This document shows, one piece after another, positions 39,421 through 53,049 of a stretch of DNA of 64,000 nucleotides (positions are counted from its first letter, which is position 1; each line of letters starts with the position of its first letter). The position numbers were made by a program, and so were the translations under genes. A model generated the notes under the pieces. The model did not search any database. It was not told the origin of the DNA and saw only the letters and a list, made by a program, of their open reading frames with translations. The DNA lies in contig JAAOMT010000525.1 in assembly GCA_016748015.1 (NCBI GenBank), forward strand, positions 124,001-188,000, read 5' to 3'. This stretch comes from Geosiphon pyriformis uo1. Lineage: Eukaryota > Fungi > Glomeromycota.

Positions 39421-40948
39421 AAATTTCTTTTTACAAATTTAAATATTAAATATAACTAAAAAAAATTAATTATTAACAAATTTGTTAAAAAGTAAAATTT
39501 ATGTACACAGATATTAATTACTAATTTTTTAATATTATAATGTTTTTTTTTGGTCAAAAAAGTTAATTTTTAAAAATTAATACAATAAATTTTTAAATTT
39601 CTTGAAATTTCTAATTTAAAATTGATTAAAGTTACAACTTGGTTGATAAAAATTTTGTAATATTTAATATAAATAGTTTCTTAGTTTTAATAAATATATT
39701 AATACTTGTTTAATTAATTTTTAGCTTTTTTTTGGTTTTTTGTTACAAATATTATTGTTGTTTTGTCTTAAAATATAAATTTTTTTTATATAAATTAATA
39801 AATTCCTTAAAAATAAATAATAATATAAGTATTTAGTATAGTTTTAACTAGTTTAAATAATTAATTACATGAAATTAATACATAAATTATATTTTTTGTA
39901 TAATAATTTTTTATTGTATGGTTTTAAATAGTAAGTAAATTATATTTTAAAAAAATTTAATTGTTTTTGTTTTTAAAAAAAACTTTTAAGTATTAAAATT
40001 AATAAAAAATTGCTTTTTTATTTTTATTTTTTATATTGTTTTAATTAAGTATATTCTTATTAAAATTTATTTTATTATTATGTTTTAATTAAGTATATTC
40101 TTATTAAAACTTTTTTTATTTTTATTTTTAAAAGTTGCTTTTGTTGTAATTTTAAAAATATGAAAAAAAAGAGTATAATTATTTTTGGCAAAAAATTTTT
40201 TTTTATTACAAAAACAAAACAAAAAAAAATTACTAGTTATTAAAATTTTATAGTTTTTATTTTAATAAATAATTTTTTTTAAAAACTATATTTTAATTAT
40301 TACATAATTTTATTAATATTAAAATAATTAGTAAAAACAATTTTAAGTTTTTTTGTATAAAGTTTACATTTTAATTTTTTTTTGAATAATATCATTAAAA
40401 TAATATTAAAAATATTTTTAAAACATTTAATAACTAATTAATTATAGTAAAAAAAACATTATTAAGATTATTGTTTTTAAAAAATACTTTTAAAGTTAAA
40501 TTAGTCTATTTTTTTTTTAGTTGCAAAATTATATAAATTAGTAATATAATTACTTAAGTACATAATTAAATATGCTTTATTTTTTGGTTGCTTGAGTTTA
40601 ATTATTGTCAAAAAATATATTATTATTTATAAATTTCAAAAAGCTTTTAATACTGTTTTTGTTAAAATTTATATATTTAAAATTGGTTAAATAGTAATTA
40701 AATTATATCTTATTAAAGCATTTTAAAAAAATTATTTAACTTTTATATTGTAAATAAAATTAATATTAATAAATATATGTTTTTTTTAATAATTTAAACA
40801 TATGAAACAGTATTATTTGAAATTACAAGTATATTTTAATATTTTAATATTTTGTTAATGATTTGAAATTTGTAAAAACAGCTTAATTAAATAGAAATGA
40901 AAATATCTAAATAGCTTAATTAAAAACAATATTATAATTATTGTAATG

Positions 40949-40983
<35 letters not shown>

Positions 40984-41107
40984 GAATTCCAAAAAAATAC
41001 TTGAGAAAATTATTTATCGTAAATCATTTAAATTAAAACTATCATTTATTTTACATTTTCATATTCTTCAAAAGTTTTATAACTTTATTAATAAAAAATG
41101 ATTAAAT

Positions 41108-41185
41108 AGAGCAACCGGAAATGATCTTATAGAATCTTAATAAAAAATAATTAAAGAGAGCAACTGGAAATGATCTTATAGAATC
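41108..41185. repeat. 29-bp direct repeat x2 (AGAGCAACYGGAAATGATCTTATAGAATC)
   Basis: Copies at 41108-41136 and 41157-41185. Confidence 0.85.
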
Positions 41186-41700
41186 GTACCTATTTTATAT
41201 TTTAGTCACATGACTGAAAGGAGCGCGGGATCATCCTGTTAAAAAATCGATCCCCTTAAAGACTAATTAACATACATGCTTAGAGCGCGCGCAATGTTCT
41301 GTGTTCAAAGTCATTATAGAAACAAAAAAATTTTAAGCAACAATAATCTTTTGACTAGATTAATTTTCAGAATTAGAATTTCACTTAGAAAACACTTAAT
41401 TTGATCATCTTCCAATTTTTAAATAATTTTTAAGGTTCAATTAGTTGAATTTCAGCAAATATTCATAAAATATTTATTAAATAAAAAATTAAATACTAAA
41501 CTTTTAGAAGTTAAATGAAAAACTTTTTTCACAATTCACTTAATCACTTTGCTCTCAGTTTCAGTTTCATTCTTTTCAATTGAATTTAATTAATTAAAAA
41601 TTTTCAATAAAATCAAAACACCAGTCAAAAGAAATTTAACACCTAAACTGCTTAAATATTTAAGTTTTAAAAATTAAATTTCTGTAGATCTAGTTTTTTG

Positions 41701-41830
41701 TAGCATACCATAGCATATCATAGCATACAATAGCATATTATAGCATACAATAGCATACCATAGCATACAATAGCATACCATAGCATACAATAGCATACCA
41801 TAGCATACAATAGTATACCATAGCATACCA
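41701..41830. repeat. Minisatellite, 10-bp unit TAGCATAC(C/A)A x13
   Basis: Direct reading. Alternation of CCA/CAA variants gives a 20-bp higher-order period. Confidence 0.97.
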
Positions 41831-42386
41831 TTAAAAATTTTCTTTTCAGATGATTCTAGATTTTTTTTTGAACATAAACACATTGAAAAAAATGAACCAA
41901 TTAAATTTTTTATTAATTCAATTCTTATTCAGGTCAGTCCCGGATAGATTAGAGAAAAAGGAATTATACATGATAAAGGATATTATTGTAGTACATTGGT
42001 AAAAATATTTAGGTAATTGATCAACAGAAATAATCTTAAATTCTAAACGTCTATTTTTTTTTTGCTTAAATTTTCAAAAAAAAAAAAANNNNNNNNNNNN
42101 NNNNNNNNAAAAAAAAAAAAAAAAAAAAAAAAAAAAGATTTTCGTAATTAGCTTTCGGTCTATATCTGGAGAAGAAATGAAAAGTAATCGTTATAGGAAC
42201 AAGATGTGAAACTTACTCGAGAGATGTTACGATGCATATAATAAATTTCTTGTAAGACGGCAAAAATATGCGTTAGGCTAGAGGGTAATCGTATACGAGA
42301 ACTTTGGATTGCCGTTACGTAATGCTGCATTATTAATATGAGGGTCAAAAAGTGGGTATGCTCGTTTATTTTATGGCTGAAACAAG

Positions 42387-42426
<40 letters not shown>

Positions 42427-44146
42427 NNNNNNNNNNNNNNNNNNNNTCAAAAAAAAAAAAACGCCTGCTTAAAAAATCAATCAATATTCTCATTGTTCAA
42501 TTGTGATTAGGCAAAGGTAGCGTAACCAATATGAAACCGTATTCTGTATGACCATCGGTTTTGATATGTCCTCGTTATGCGATTTCAATTTTTTTTTGCT
42601 TTTTGAGTTGCATATTACTAAATGAAGGTAATATAATATGCTAGTTACAAAGATCTTTCTATTTTAAGTCTGTTGATCATGCAATTTTTTATCTAGAATA
42701 ACTTATTGAAAAAAAAAAAAAAAAAAAAAAAAAAATTATTTCAAATATTTGAAACCATTATTAAGAAGCGGAGAATTTTTCATATTTAGATATTTTCATA
42801 ATTCAAAGAAAATAGTAAATATATGTGAAATCCTTTTTTTGTTTTGTTTTAACGTTTATGTCAATTACATAATACATCATTGTATGATACATGAAGATAG
42901 AATGATTTCAAAGAATCCTTTTGGGTACATAAAATCCTTTAGGAAATCTGTGTCTCATTGTTAATGAAAGAATAATGTTAAACCGAATGCATATTACATG
43001 CGTTAATTATATTTTTTTTTTTGACCTCATATAAAACAAATTGAATTGACAATTTAACAGTTTGGGACATAGATATATATCAAGCATTAGATAGTATAAA
43101 TTCTAATAAAAGATTTAACTTAATTAAAAAAATATATATATATTTTAATTTGGCCTAACGCGTTTAAATTTTCGAAATTTATTATGACATAAAGAAAAGA
43201 AAATTGGGTACAAAAAAGCTCTCAATTTCTGTATGTAGTTTCAGTAATGCACAGCTGTACAATGCTTTAGAATTATTAAATCAAATATGAAATGCAGTGT
43301 TCCATGGGTAATGAATCTTTTTCAAAAATGGTTAAAGAACAAAAAAATAAACTTACCCAATTTAAGAGTTCTCGTTTTTTTCATTCACACACAAAAAAAA
43401 TGTTATGCCCACGATATTATTAATATTTATTGAGTTATTTTTAAATTATTCCTGCATAATCTGTACTGCATTTAATATTTCTTAAATTGATAATATTTAA
43501 AAATTTATCAGTGATTTTTGGAAAAATTTTTAATTGGTAATAATGAATATTAAGGTTTACCGAGAATTTTAAGAGAGCATGTGCTTTGAATTTTAAATAA
43601 ACTTGATTTGTTTTTTTTCCGGAGTCAAAAAACTATATACGGAGTAGTTAACAAATAGTTATCAAATTTTAATCAAACTCAGACGTCCGGAAAAATTTGT
43701 TCAGTATTATACGCAATATTTTTCCGTTCATATTTTTGAAAATTTAAAGGTTATATGATCTAATACAAGAATCGAATCAAAAGAAAACAAAAATTTTAAT
43801 TTTTTTTTTGTTTTTTTGTTTTTTTTTTCAAAATCACTATTATTATTAAATCAATTGGTAAGGAAAAATTTTTTGTAGGACTAAAAGATTCTTTTTAAAA
43901 TTTTTGATCACTTTCAATAATATTTTATGTACCTTCGAAAAATCTTTGGAATGTTTTTCAAGATTAACTCGTTATAAATATAATTATTAAATTGAGTAAT
44001 GATTCCTAAATCTTGTGTGAAATGTTACATCAAGGTAAATTTGTTAGGTCCAAGCTTCGTTGTTAAATTTTGGCTTGCGTGATGAATCATCTTATCAATA
44101 GTGTATCCTTATTGATTACTTCATCATCAACGCATCCAAAAACTAT

Positions 44147-44159
44147 TTATCATCATCAT

Positions 44160-44210
<51 letters not shown>
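44147..44210. repeat. (CAT)n microsatellite
   Basis: Direct reading. Confidence 0.95.
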
Positions 44211-45966
44211 GTAATCTCAAAAACCGCATATATATGCAGGGTCCTAAACAAATATTCTTGATTATAAGTGGCCCTTTAGAATAAAAAAGTTTTTTTTAGC
44301 TAAATAAATACTAGACTGCAACAGTGATTTAACAATGGGAAAATGGTGTAACAATTATTTTATCATACCCCGAGTTCAAAAAGCTGTCAAAATATTAACG
44401 CCAGATTCATTGACATGGTAACGAGGGTTTCGGACGCAGAGTACAAAATTTTAGATCAACAATTGGAATAGATGTAATTCACACGAGATTTCGGGAACAA
44501 AAGTTGAAGTTTAGGCAAATAACGAAAATCTACGGCATAAAAACCCCGATTCGGTGCGGATTTTCTAATGCAATTTTCGATGGTTTGACAATACACTGCA
44601 GAATTTTAAGAAACGAATTTTTTGCATGCTGCAATATATTTCATGATTAATTGAAAAAAATGATGTTGTATTCAAAAGTTAACGAGTTAAAAATGGGAAA
44701 TTTTTCTAAATTTTAAATTTACATTTCCCTTTTTTCACTATTTCTTTCCTGGTTAGGGATCTTCAGCTTTTTTCCTAAAATTTTAAAATGAATTTTTTGA
44801 TTGGTATTCTTTACTTTACTTTACTTTACTTTACTTTACTTTATTTTACTTTAATTTACTTTAGATCATATCTTTTGAATAGTAATTCTGATATTCAAAA
44901 ATCGGTTTTTCTCCATTTCAAAATGGATATTATATTCAACCACGCAAAATATAGTACATTCAATATTTTAGGATAAATTCGAATTTTCCATATCCAGGCT
45001 TTTAAGCACTGGCAGAAATACCCGTGCATAAGGTTAAGACCTGTACGTCATGAATTGTTTTGATTCTTCATAAGGAGAACAGCATATTTTGAACCCTGTC
45101 ACAATTTTCTATTGATTTTCATAGTGCTGGTGCTGAATGAAGTTAAGATTCTTTTTGGATCTAATATCAATTTTTTTTTTTTTAATTAAACAATACTATT
45201 TTTATCTGTGACTACAAATGTTCTTTTTCTAGAAGAAAATTTTTTTTTTTTTTTTTTCAGAGTATAATAAAAATATATTTCAGAAATTATATAAAGATTT
45301 TTTTGCAAAACGAAACGTGAATGATAAGGTTTTACCGATTTTAGCATTTCATATTATCCTAAAAATGGTATCGTATTAAAAATAGATTAAAAAATTCCTT
45401 ATCAATGAATTTATTAATCTTAAATCAATAATTTTCAATACAATCATGTTTGATTAAAAGAATATTTTTTCTTCACATAAAAAATAATTGAAAGTTTCAC
45501 AAAATTACATAAATTTTTGAGTATAAATCTTGATTAATATATATTCAATCTCATTTATTATGAAAAAAAAAAAAACTTTTTTTCGATAAAAATTTCGCTA
45601 AAGTTTAAAATGTAGCACAAAATTTTTATGATTTATGTATAAAATTTTTTTTCCTTTTAACATAAAGTAATCTTAATTATAAATAAATAAGTAAGTAAGT
45701 AAATAAATAAATAAGTAAGTAAGTAAGTAATGAATTAATTATTATATTTTAAAACTCTTTAAAATTTCTATGGATTTAATTACGTTGATGTCAAACCTTT
45801 TTTTTCCTTTTTAAATTAATCTTTCTCTGGTTTGAAAATATTTTTAATATATTTTAATTTTCATACAATTTAACACATACCTAATGACAATCAGGATCAT
45901 TAAATTGATGTTTCATAATATAAAATTAGGTTAATATTCTTTAAAAATTAGATCAATTAATTAATT

Positions 45967-46006
<40 letters not shown>

Positions 46007-48593
46007 AATATCTAGGTTTAACCACGTTTAATTTTCGCAATTTTTCAAGGTTCCCGGTTGATTTAATTAAAATTACAAAAGGTAAAGCCATGCACATGCA
46101 TTTAATTCATTTTTTTTTTTTGCTTTTTTTTTCTAATCAAAAATCTTATTATAATTGAGTCAATAAAAAAATCTTATTCGTATTTGCTATATATATTTTA
46201 CTCATCAATCTAATTCTTTCAATATTCGGATTATTTTTTTATAATAAATTTTTTTGGTTTTTCAATACAATAATAAATAATAAATAATAAATAATAATTT
46301 ATAGACAAGTATATCATTTATAATAACCCATATAATTATGTACATGCTTTTTTTTTTTAAAAAAAAAAATTTTTCTTTTACATTACGCGCGTCAATGCTT
46401 TTTCCTACAAAATTTTTCAAATGACCTAGGAAACCCCCTTTCTAGTAATGAGTCGATTCAATTTTTGAATTGATTATACCAGGTAAGAATTTTCATTTGG
46501 ATGATGCAAGGTTTTTGTAATTTTTGAATTATTATTTTTTTTCTCCGTAATTATGCATCATCATCATCAAGATCTACGATAAATTTTGGTATTTTATGCG
46601 AAACCTTTTTTTCTTAGTTTAGAGATTCGAATCTATTCCCATGACATGTGATCATATCATAACTGAGTAAAATTAAATGAAAAGAAAAAAAATATTACTT
46701 TTTTTAGAAATTTGTGTAATGTTGATGGTGATGTAGGGGGAACTATTATCAACTTTTGATATGTTGGAAATTATTCACTCAAAAACAGTTGATATGTTGG
46801 AGATTACTCATTCAAAAACTTTTTTTTTTATCCATAAAATTACTTTGCTTCCAAAAATTAATTAAAAAATTTATATTCATTTTGAATATGCAGCTTGGTT
46901 AGTTAGTTGGTTGGTTGATTGGTTGATTGGTTGGTTGGTTTTACTTTCAAGACTAGTGATTGAATAGTTTATTTTTAAAAAAAAAAATTTTTTTTTGTAA
47001 ATATTTTGAAAAACACCCCGTTTATCTATTTTTAATGAATTTCAAATGATACTGTGTCAGAAGTTTTTGATAAATAAATTAACCTAACTCTTATTAAATC
47101 TTTGATGAATGAGTTTAAATTAAATAAATATGGAAAAGTATAGAAAATTGTTTTTTATTTCATCATATTATCAAGCATAATTAGGAGCTTTGAGGTTGCA
47201 TTCAAGAATAACATGTCTCGATATAACACTTATCTTGAAATAAAATTGTTATTATTACACATGTTCAGTCTCGATAGAAACAAAATCTTGGGAATTTTTT
47301 AAAGGGTAAAAGTACCTAGACATTATTTATTTATTTATTTTTCTCATTAATCAATTTATACAAATTTTTTGCCGCTCAAAAATTTTCCGTTAAAAATCGA
47401 AAATTTTACTATCTGACAAATTCAAAAGATTTTAACACTAGAAAAAAATGATACCAAGAAGAGGTTGTGAGAATTTAAAGTATTTGAAACATACCCCTAT
47501 CATTATAAAAAGTTTCAAGAGATATTATTGTTTATATACATAGTAATTATTAAAGATGGTAAATTAAAATGAAAATGACATAGAGAAAGAGACGATGACA
47601 TATCAAAAAGGTATGATGAAAGTGAAAAGCATATAATATTCATAAGGTTTAGCTATCTTTTATACATGTAATTGGGGTTAATAGGAATGAGAATGGGAAA
47701 ATATCTACTTTAAAAAGGTAATCAAACAAATATAATGGGGAAAAATATTGTCAGCTCACAAACAATAAGAGATGTTTTTGTTATGGAGAAACAAAAAGTA
47801 AAGTAGAAAAGGGAATTTGGTAAATCTTTGATACACCAATAAACGTAGAAAAAAGAATATTAACCAAAAAGTTAATGAGCTTGGCTCATCTTTAGGTCAT
47901 TTTGTTAATTTGAAAGTGACAGAGAGAAAAGCTTTGAGATACTTGGTTCAAGGTTTCGCGTGGGAAAGAAAAAATGACGAGAAGGCAAAGAGGGTTACTA
48001 TAAATTATACTCTTTTGAGAAAACAAGTTTTGACTATACACAAGGAGTACGTATAATTTTGGAAAGAATTTTGGGCATGAAAATTTTGACGTGTCACAAC
48101 TAGTGTGTGTGGTATCAGCCATGAAAAAAGCACTGCTTTGTTCCAAAGAAAGAAAAAAGGGAAAAATATGTACGTATAAATATTGGAAGGGGATAAAAAT
48201 ACAATAAAAGTCATCTATTTTAGTCTAATTTAAAAAAAGTTTTTAAAAAGAATAAACACATTAAAAAATACAAAAATAAGGGTGAAAGACCGAAAAATTC
48301 TCATTATTAAAGGTATATTGGGCGTGGTTGAGAATGATTCTATACAAAAAAGAGTTACCAGTCTTCTATTACCAAGTACAAAAATGGCTATAATACAAAA
48401 TAAGAATGAAGAAAGGGTTACAAACGGACCTTTAGCTAGGTCATTAGAATTTTTTTTACAAACAGTGTGTGAATTTTAAGATTGGGAATGTTTTTTTTTT
48501 TTGGAAAATTCTTTGGTATCAGTTTGGTTCACGTTGTCAAAGATGGGTAGTCACTTTGTATTCGAGTACGAAATTGGTTTGTTTACATAATTA

Positions 48594-49309
48594 CTATCTA
48601 GCTGGAAACGTACTAAACCGAGGATGATGTCGTGATAGAGTCTTGGTTCGATTTATAGGTGTGATAAGCTGTGAGAGCAAAAGCAAAAGCAAAACGATTA
48701 AACTTTGAAATCAATAGACAGAGGGGAGAGTGAAAATATTAATATTTACCCCAAGACCGTTGCTAATCCTTCGAGTAAAATCTTCCTTCTCTTTTGGTTC
48801 CTGAAGATCCCTGATGGCAAAATCTAGTTTGTTGTGGAGTATTCCAAGGTTGGCATAATCAATTTTTAAATGATGATTATCTTGAGGGATGGCTTTCACT
48901 GGGGTAGTTTTTAAAAGAGCCTAAACATTTGAAACAAACAAATAAGTCAACAAACAAACAAACTAACAAACAAACAAACAAATATTTTAAGGTGAGAGAA
49001 TCTGAAAAAAAAAATTTTATTTACCATCACCAACAATGGATATTTACATAATCGTTGAATTGGTTTTGTCAATAAACTTTCTAGTGATCGATATCGACCA
49101 GTCATCACATGAGCTTCTAGATTGTTGATAAACTGACCAAGTTTTGTGTTCTTTTTCCTTGCAATGGAAAGCTCTGAGATGGCAGTTTTATGGTAAAATA
49201 GATATTTGTCATAAGTTTTAATTTTGGTGACAAGACTAGCAAGAGGTTCCGTTATGGATGGAACGATTTGGTATATTGCTTGAAGGTTAAGCAGTTGCTA
49301 AGAAAGTGT

Positions 49310-49342
<33 letters not shown>

Positions 49343-49934
49343 NNNNNNNNNNNNNNNNNNNNTTTTTTTTTTTTTTTTTTTTTTTTTTGAATTCGTTACA
49401 CCACAGAAAAAGTTTGCACAATTTTTCAATAGCAAAGCAACTTACATCCAAAAGATAGGTAAGATCATCAACGAACTCTTTCTCTGTTCGTATAATCTCG
49501 AAAATAACTTCTTGTCGTTTAATCGTTTCAGAATCCAATTCTTTTTTTATTTCAGCTTGGACTTGTTCTGCCCAAAGAGGCACTTTAGCTTGAGGATTTG
49601 GCGGTGATGTAATGATAAAGTTTTGAGCCACCATACTGCCGGAACTCCAATTACGACGAATAGGATTTTTTAAAAGCATATTGCTACTTTGGGTTTTTCG
49701 AAGTTTACCAAATCTGTTATTTTGGATCTGTGGAAAATTTGGGTGAGGTTCAACAGCAGATTTAAAACTAGATTTTGAAGGTCTTCGTTGGGGACTACTT
49801 TGTTGTAAATGGGGTTGGTGGTGAATTGATTCATCAGGGATATTTATCGTATTACTGATCGATGGAGATGGGGATAATTTATTAGTTGAAGTAAAGAAAG
49901 GAAAAAAATCTGCCAGTAACTTGCTAAAACTCAT
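48594..49934 (-). CDS. Dbl-homology (DH) RhoGEF without PH domain; exons 49934-49446, 49297-49025, 48920-48750, 48668-48594 (an extra exon may be hidden in the gap at 49343-49361)
   Basis: CR1 KRQEVIFEIIRTEKEFVDDLTYL and CR3 SLESLLTKPIQRLCKYPLLVM/ALLKTTP. Phase-0 GT-AG junctions. Ser/Pro-rich N-terminus. Confidence 0.88.
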
Positions 49935-50371
49935 CAGGATAGATTTTATAGGGCGAGCGGGGGAGAGGGAAGTAAAAAAATTTTTTTTTTTGATAAGAGG
50001 GAACCAAAGAGAAAATTTTTTTCTATCAAACGAATCAATACTATTGGTTGTATTGACAGAAAACAGGAATGAAATGGAATAGGCTCAATAAAAAAAAAAA
50101 AAAAAAAGATTTTTAAATGGGTAGAAAATGTGCCAAGGGTTTTTATAGATGTTTTAAGTTGAAACTTTTTTAAGCATTTGAAACTTTATCATGTGAGAAA
50201 TTTATTGAAAATATGTGTATACGCTGCAGTTAGTATAGTTATTAAAAAATTTTAAAATTTCATTATTCTTTTGTAAATTTTTAACTTATTCTTACTGTCT
50301 AATAAGTTTGTTTCATTAAAACACATACCAGTCGTCGTCCAATATAAATTTGTGTCAATTTTATTTATCTA

Positions 50372-50445
50372 TAATTTTATATATGAAGAGTACCTATAGT
50401 TTTATATGAAGAGTACCTATAATTTTATATAAATGAAGAGTACCA
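50372..50445. repeat. ~25-bp tandem repeat x3 (TTTTATATATGAAGAGTACCTATA)
   Basis: Direct reading; lies upstream of the RhoGEF. Confidence 0.85.
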
Positions 50446-51432
50446 CAATTCTAAATGATTAAAAGTCACATGCAGCCGTTAACCAAAAAAAAAAGGACGA
50501 GTTCCTAGGAAATAGATACCAAGAGTAGATGACAATAATGGAGAAAACTTCCAAATTAAAACATTGAACTAAATCTTTTGAAGCAGGATCTACAGAAAAT
50601 ATGGGTTTCTAATTAGGTAATAGCGTCTATATAAAGAAATGTGATTAATTTCAGTATTTTGGTAAGTCAAAAATGCAATGGTGGTGTCATTATAATGAGT
50701 ATTCATTGACATTAAAAGATTAATAGTGAATGAAAATAATAAAAATTCGGACAAAGAGACTTGCATATTATGGAAAACCCTAGAAGAAAAAGAATGCTTT
50801 GTTTGCATTATGTGAGTTGCCTCTCTCGGCTTGAAAGCTTTTTGATGAAAATACAACAATGTAGTGAAGATCCCTTAACATGATCCCTGCATGTTTATTC
50901 GTGCACCCAAAGTATTGGTATTATTATAGAAGTGATTTAATTATAAAGTCTATAGCTAGATCAACCTGATATAAATTCGATGGGTGAGTTCTAAAAGGTT
51001 TATGCGCATATGCAAAATCAAAAATCATCTTATCCACTTTTGAAGCGTGAAATGCATCAAATGCATTGCCATCCCTACGAGAGGAGAGTCGGGATTAGTG
51101 GGGATGAATCAGAGAAAAAACGATTAATCATATTAATAATGATTAAAAGAATAAGAGGGAATTTTTTGACGAAAGAAAAAAAATAGGATGATGGTTGGGA
51201 ATATGAATTGACTGATCGAGTCAAGATTTTCATAGAAAATCAGGAATTAAAATTGTCTCTAAAAAATGAGTTTCTCGTTTGATGAAAAGAAATAGACGTC
51301 ATTATGTTTGGTTGAAAAGTGATCTAGTGAGATTTCAACGCAACATTGCCATTAAAAAAATTTTTTCTTTTTTTTTTAAACGAGCTTTTTGTGATATATT
51401 GAGAGGGAAATATGGTTTAAATTTTCACAGTT

Positions 51433-51433
<1 letters not shown>

Positions 51434-51466
<33 letters not shown>

Positions 51467-51529
51467 GAGAGAGATAGAGAGAGAGAGATAGAGAGAGAGA
51501 GATAGATAGATAGATAGAGAGAGAGAGAT

Positions 51530-51561
<32 letters not shown>
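51434..51561. repeat. (GA)n/(GATA)n compound microsatellite
   Basis: Direct reading. Confidence 0.95.
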
Positions 51562-51822
51562 CTATTGATAAATAGGTTTTCTCAACTATTATAAAAAAAT
51601 TGACAAATATTATTAAAATAAATTATGAGAAGCTATGAAAGGAAATTTTTAATAATTAAATCGTATAATGCTATTGAATCGTGTGATAAGTTTTGAAATA
51701 TTTAAAACTGATCTTTGAATTGATAGTTTAGGCCGAATAATTTGTGTTCGAAAACAATGATGTAATTGGATTAAAGTGATATAAAGTCACGCATAGCATT
51801 AATAAGAAGTTACCCATTTTGA

Positions 51823-51871
<49 letters not shown>

Positions 51872-52675
51872 TATATTATATTATTTATTATTATAGATTA
51901 TGTAGCAACATCCAATTTTTTTTCCTCCGGATTAATGATGAATTTTAAATTCTCCTATCTAGGTTAAATTTATGATGCGAAATCTTTGATTGAAGAAATA
52001 AATTTAATTTGTCGTACAAGAAACCAAATTCAAAAATTTAGTTTCTTTTTAGTTTTATAAAGTTACGTGTCATATTCTATGTAGAAAACGATAAATAGAT
52101 AAATCAACATTTGGAAATATTTATTTATCTTCCAAGAACTAAATTATTTTTGTTTTTAAGGTTTCTTTAATTTTTCCCGACGCCAAAAATTTATTACGGT
52201 ATAAAATGTTTAATCTCTTTAATCTAAATGAAATGTCAATCCGTATTTGTTTTTTTTGAAAATGAATCAAGACCTCTGTTTACCCAAACAATTAAGAAAA
52301 AAGTTCTTATGATAGCCAGATGAAATGATCTAATATTTGTAAATTTTGCCAACTCTTTCAGTAGATTTCCTTTTTGACAAATTGGTATTTTTATGCAATC
52401 TTCCAAAGATAACCAATTTCAGAACATATAAAATGGTTTTAACTCTTGAAATTTTTAAGACTTGGCTTTTTGGTAACAAAGTTATCTATCTCATGATACA
52501 TGAATATATATTGAAATTAACACTAACCACAACAATGTAATTTTTTTGATATAAGAATAAAAGTCAAAAATAGTTTAAATTAGAGATTGGCCTTAAAGTA
52601 CTCTTGAAATTAAAAAAAAAACAGTTTATGGGTTGTAAACATTTTGTGATAACGATTAGTGCTGCTGAATCTAGT

Positions 52676-52776
52676 TTATCAATATCAATATCAATATCAA
52701 TATAAATATAAATATAAATATACCTATATCTATATATCTATATATCAATATCAATATCAATATCAATATCAATATA
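52676..52776. repeat. (TATCAA)n/(TATAAA)n hexamer microsatellite
   Basis: Direct reading. Confidence 0.9.
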
Positions 52777-53010
52777 TATTTATAAAAATATTTGTATTTC
52801 TTTTAAAAAAATTTCCATCTAAAATTTACCTAGCTGAGTTTGTTAATCCTAAATTTGATTGATTGGATCTCTTTGGAAAAAAAATAAACTTAAATTACTT
52901 AGTTTTGGCGGTTTTCATATTGAGATGCAAACATTACTTGCATAAATTTTTGTATCTCATTTTTAGATTGAGTCACAACCTTTATTTTTATTTCTGAAAA
53001 TGACCATTGA

Positions 53011-53049
<39 letters not shown>

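Noticed and set aside
41701-41830. CRISPR-like array / MLWYAIVCY repeat ORF
   Set aside because: Contiguous 10-bp tandem units without spacers in a eukaryotic context. The ORF is a by-product.
42077-42460. Poly(A)/poly(T)-bounded 250-bp segment as a retrocopy or hairpin
   Set aside because: Both homopolymers abut short N gaps, so length and arrangement are unreliable.
44070-44261. Poly-His ORF (also poly-YQ 52659-52862 and LYFTL 44788-44976)
   Set aside because: Translations of microsatellites with no gene structure.
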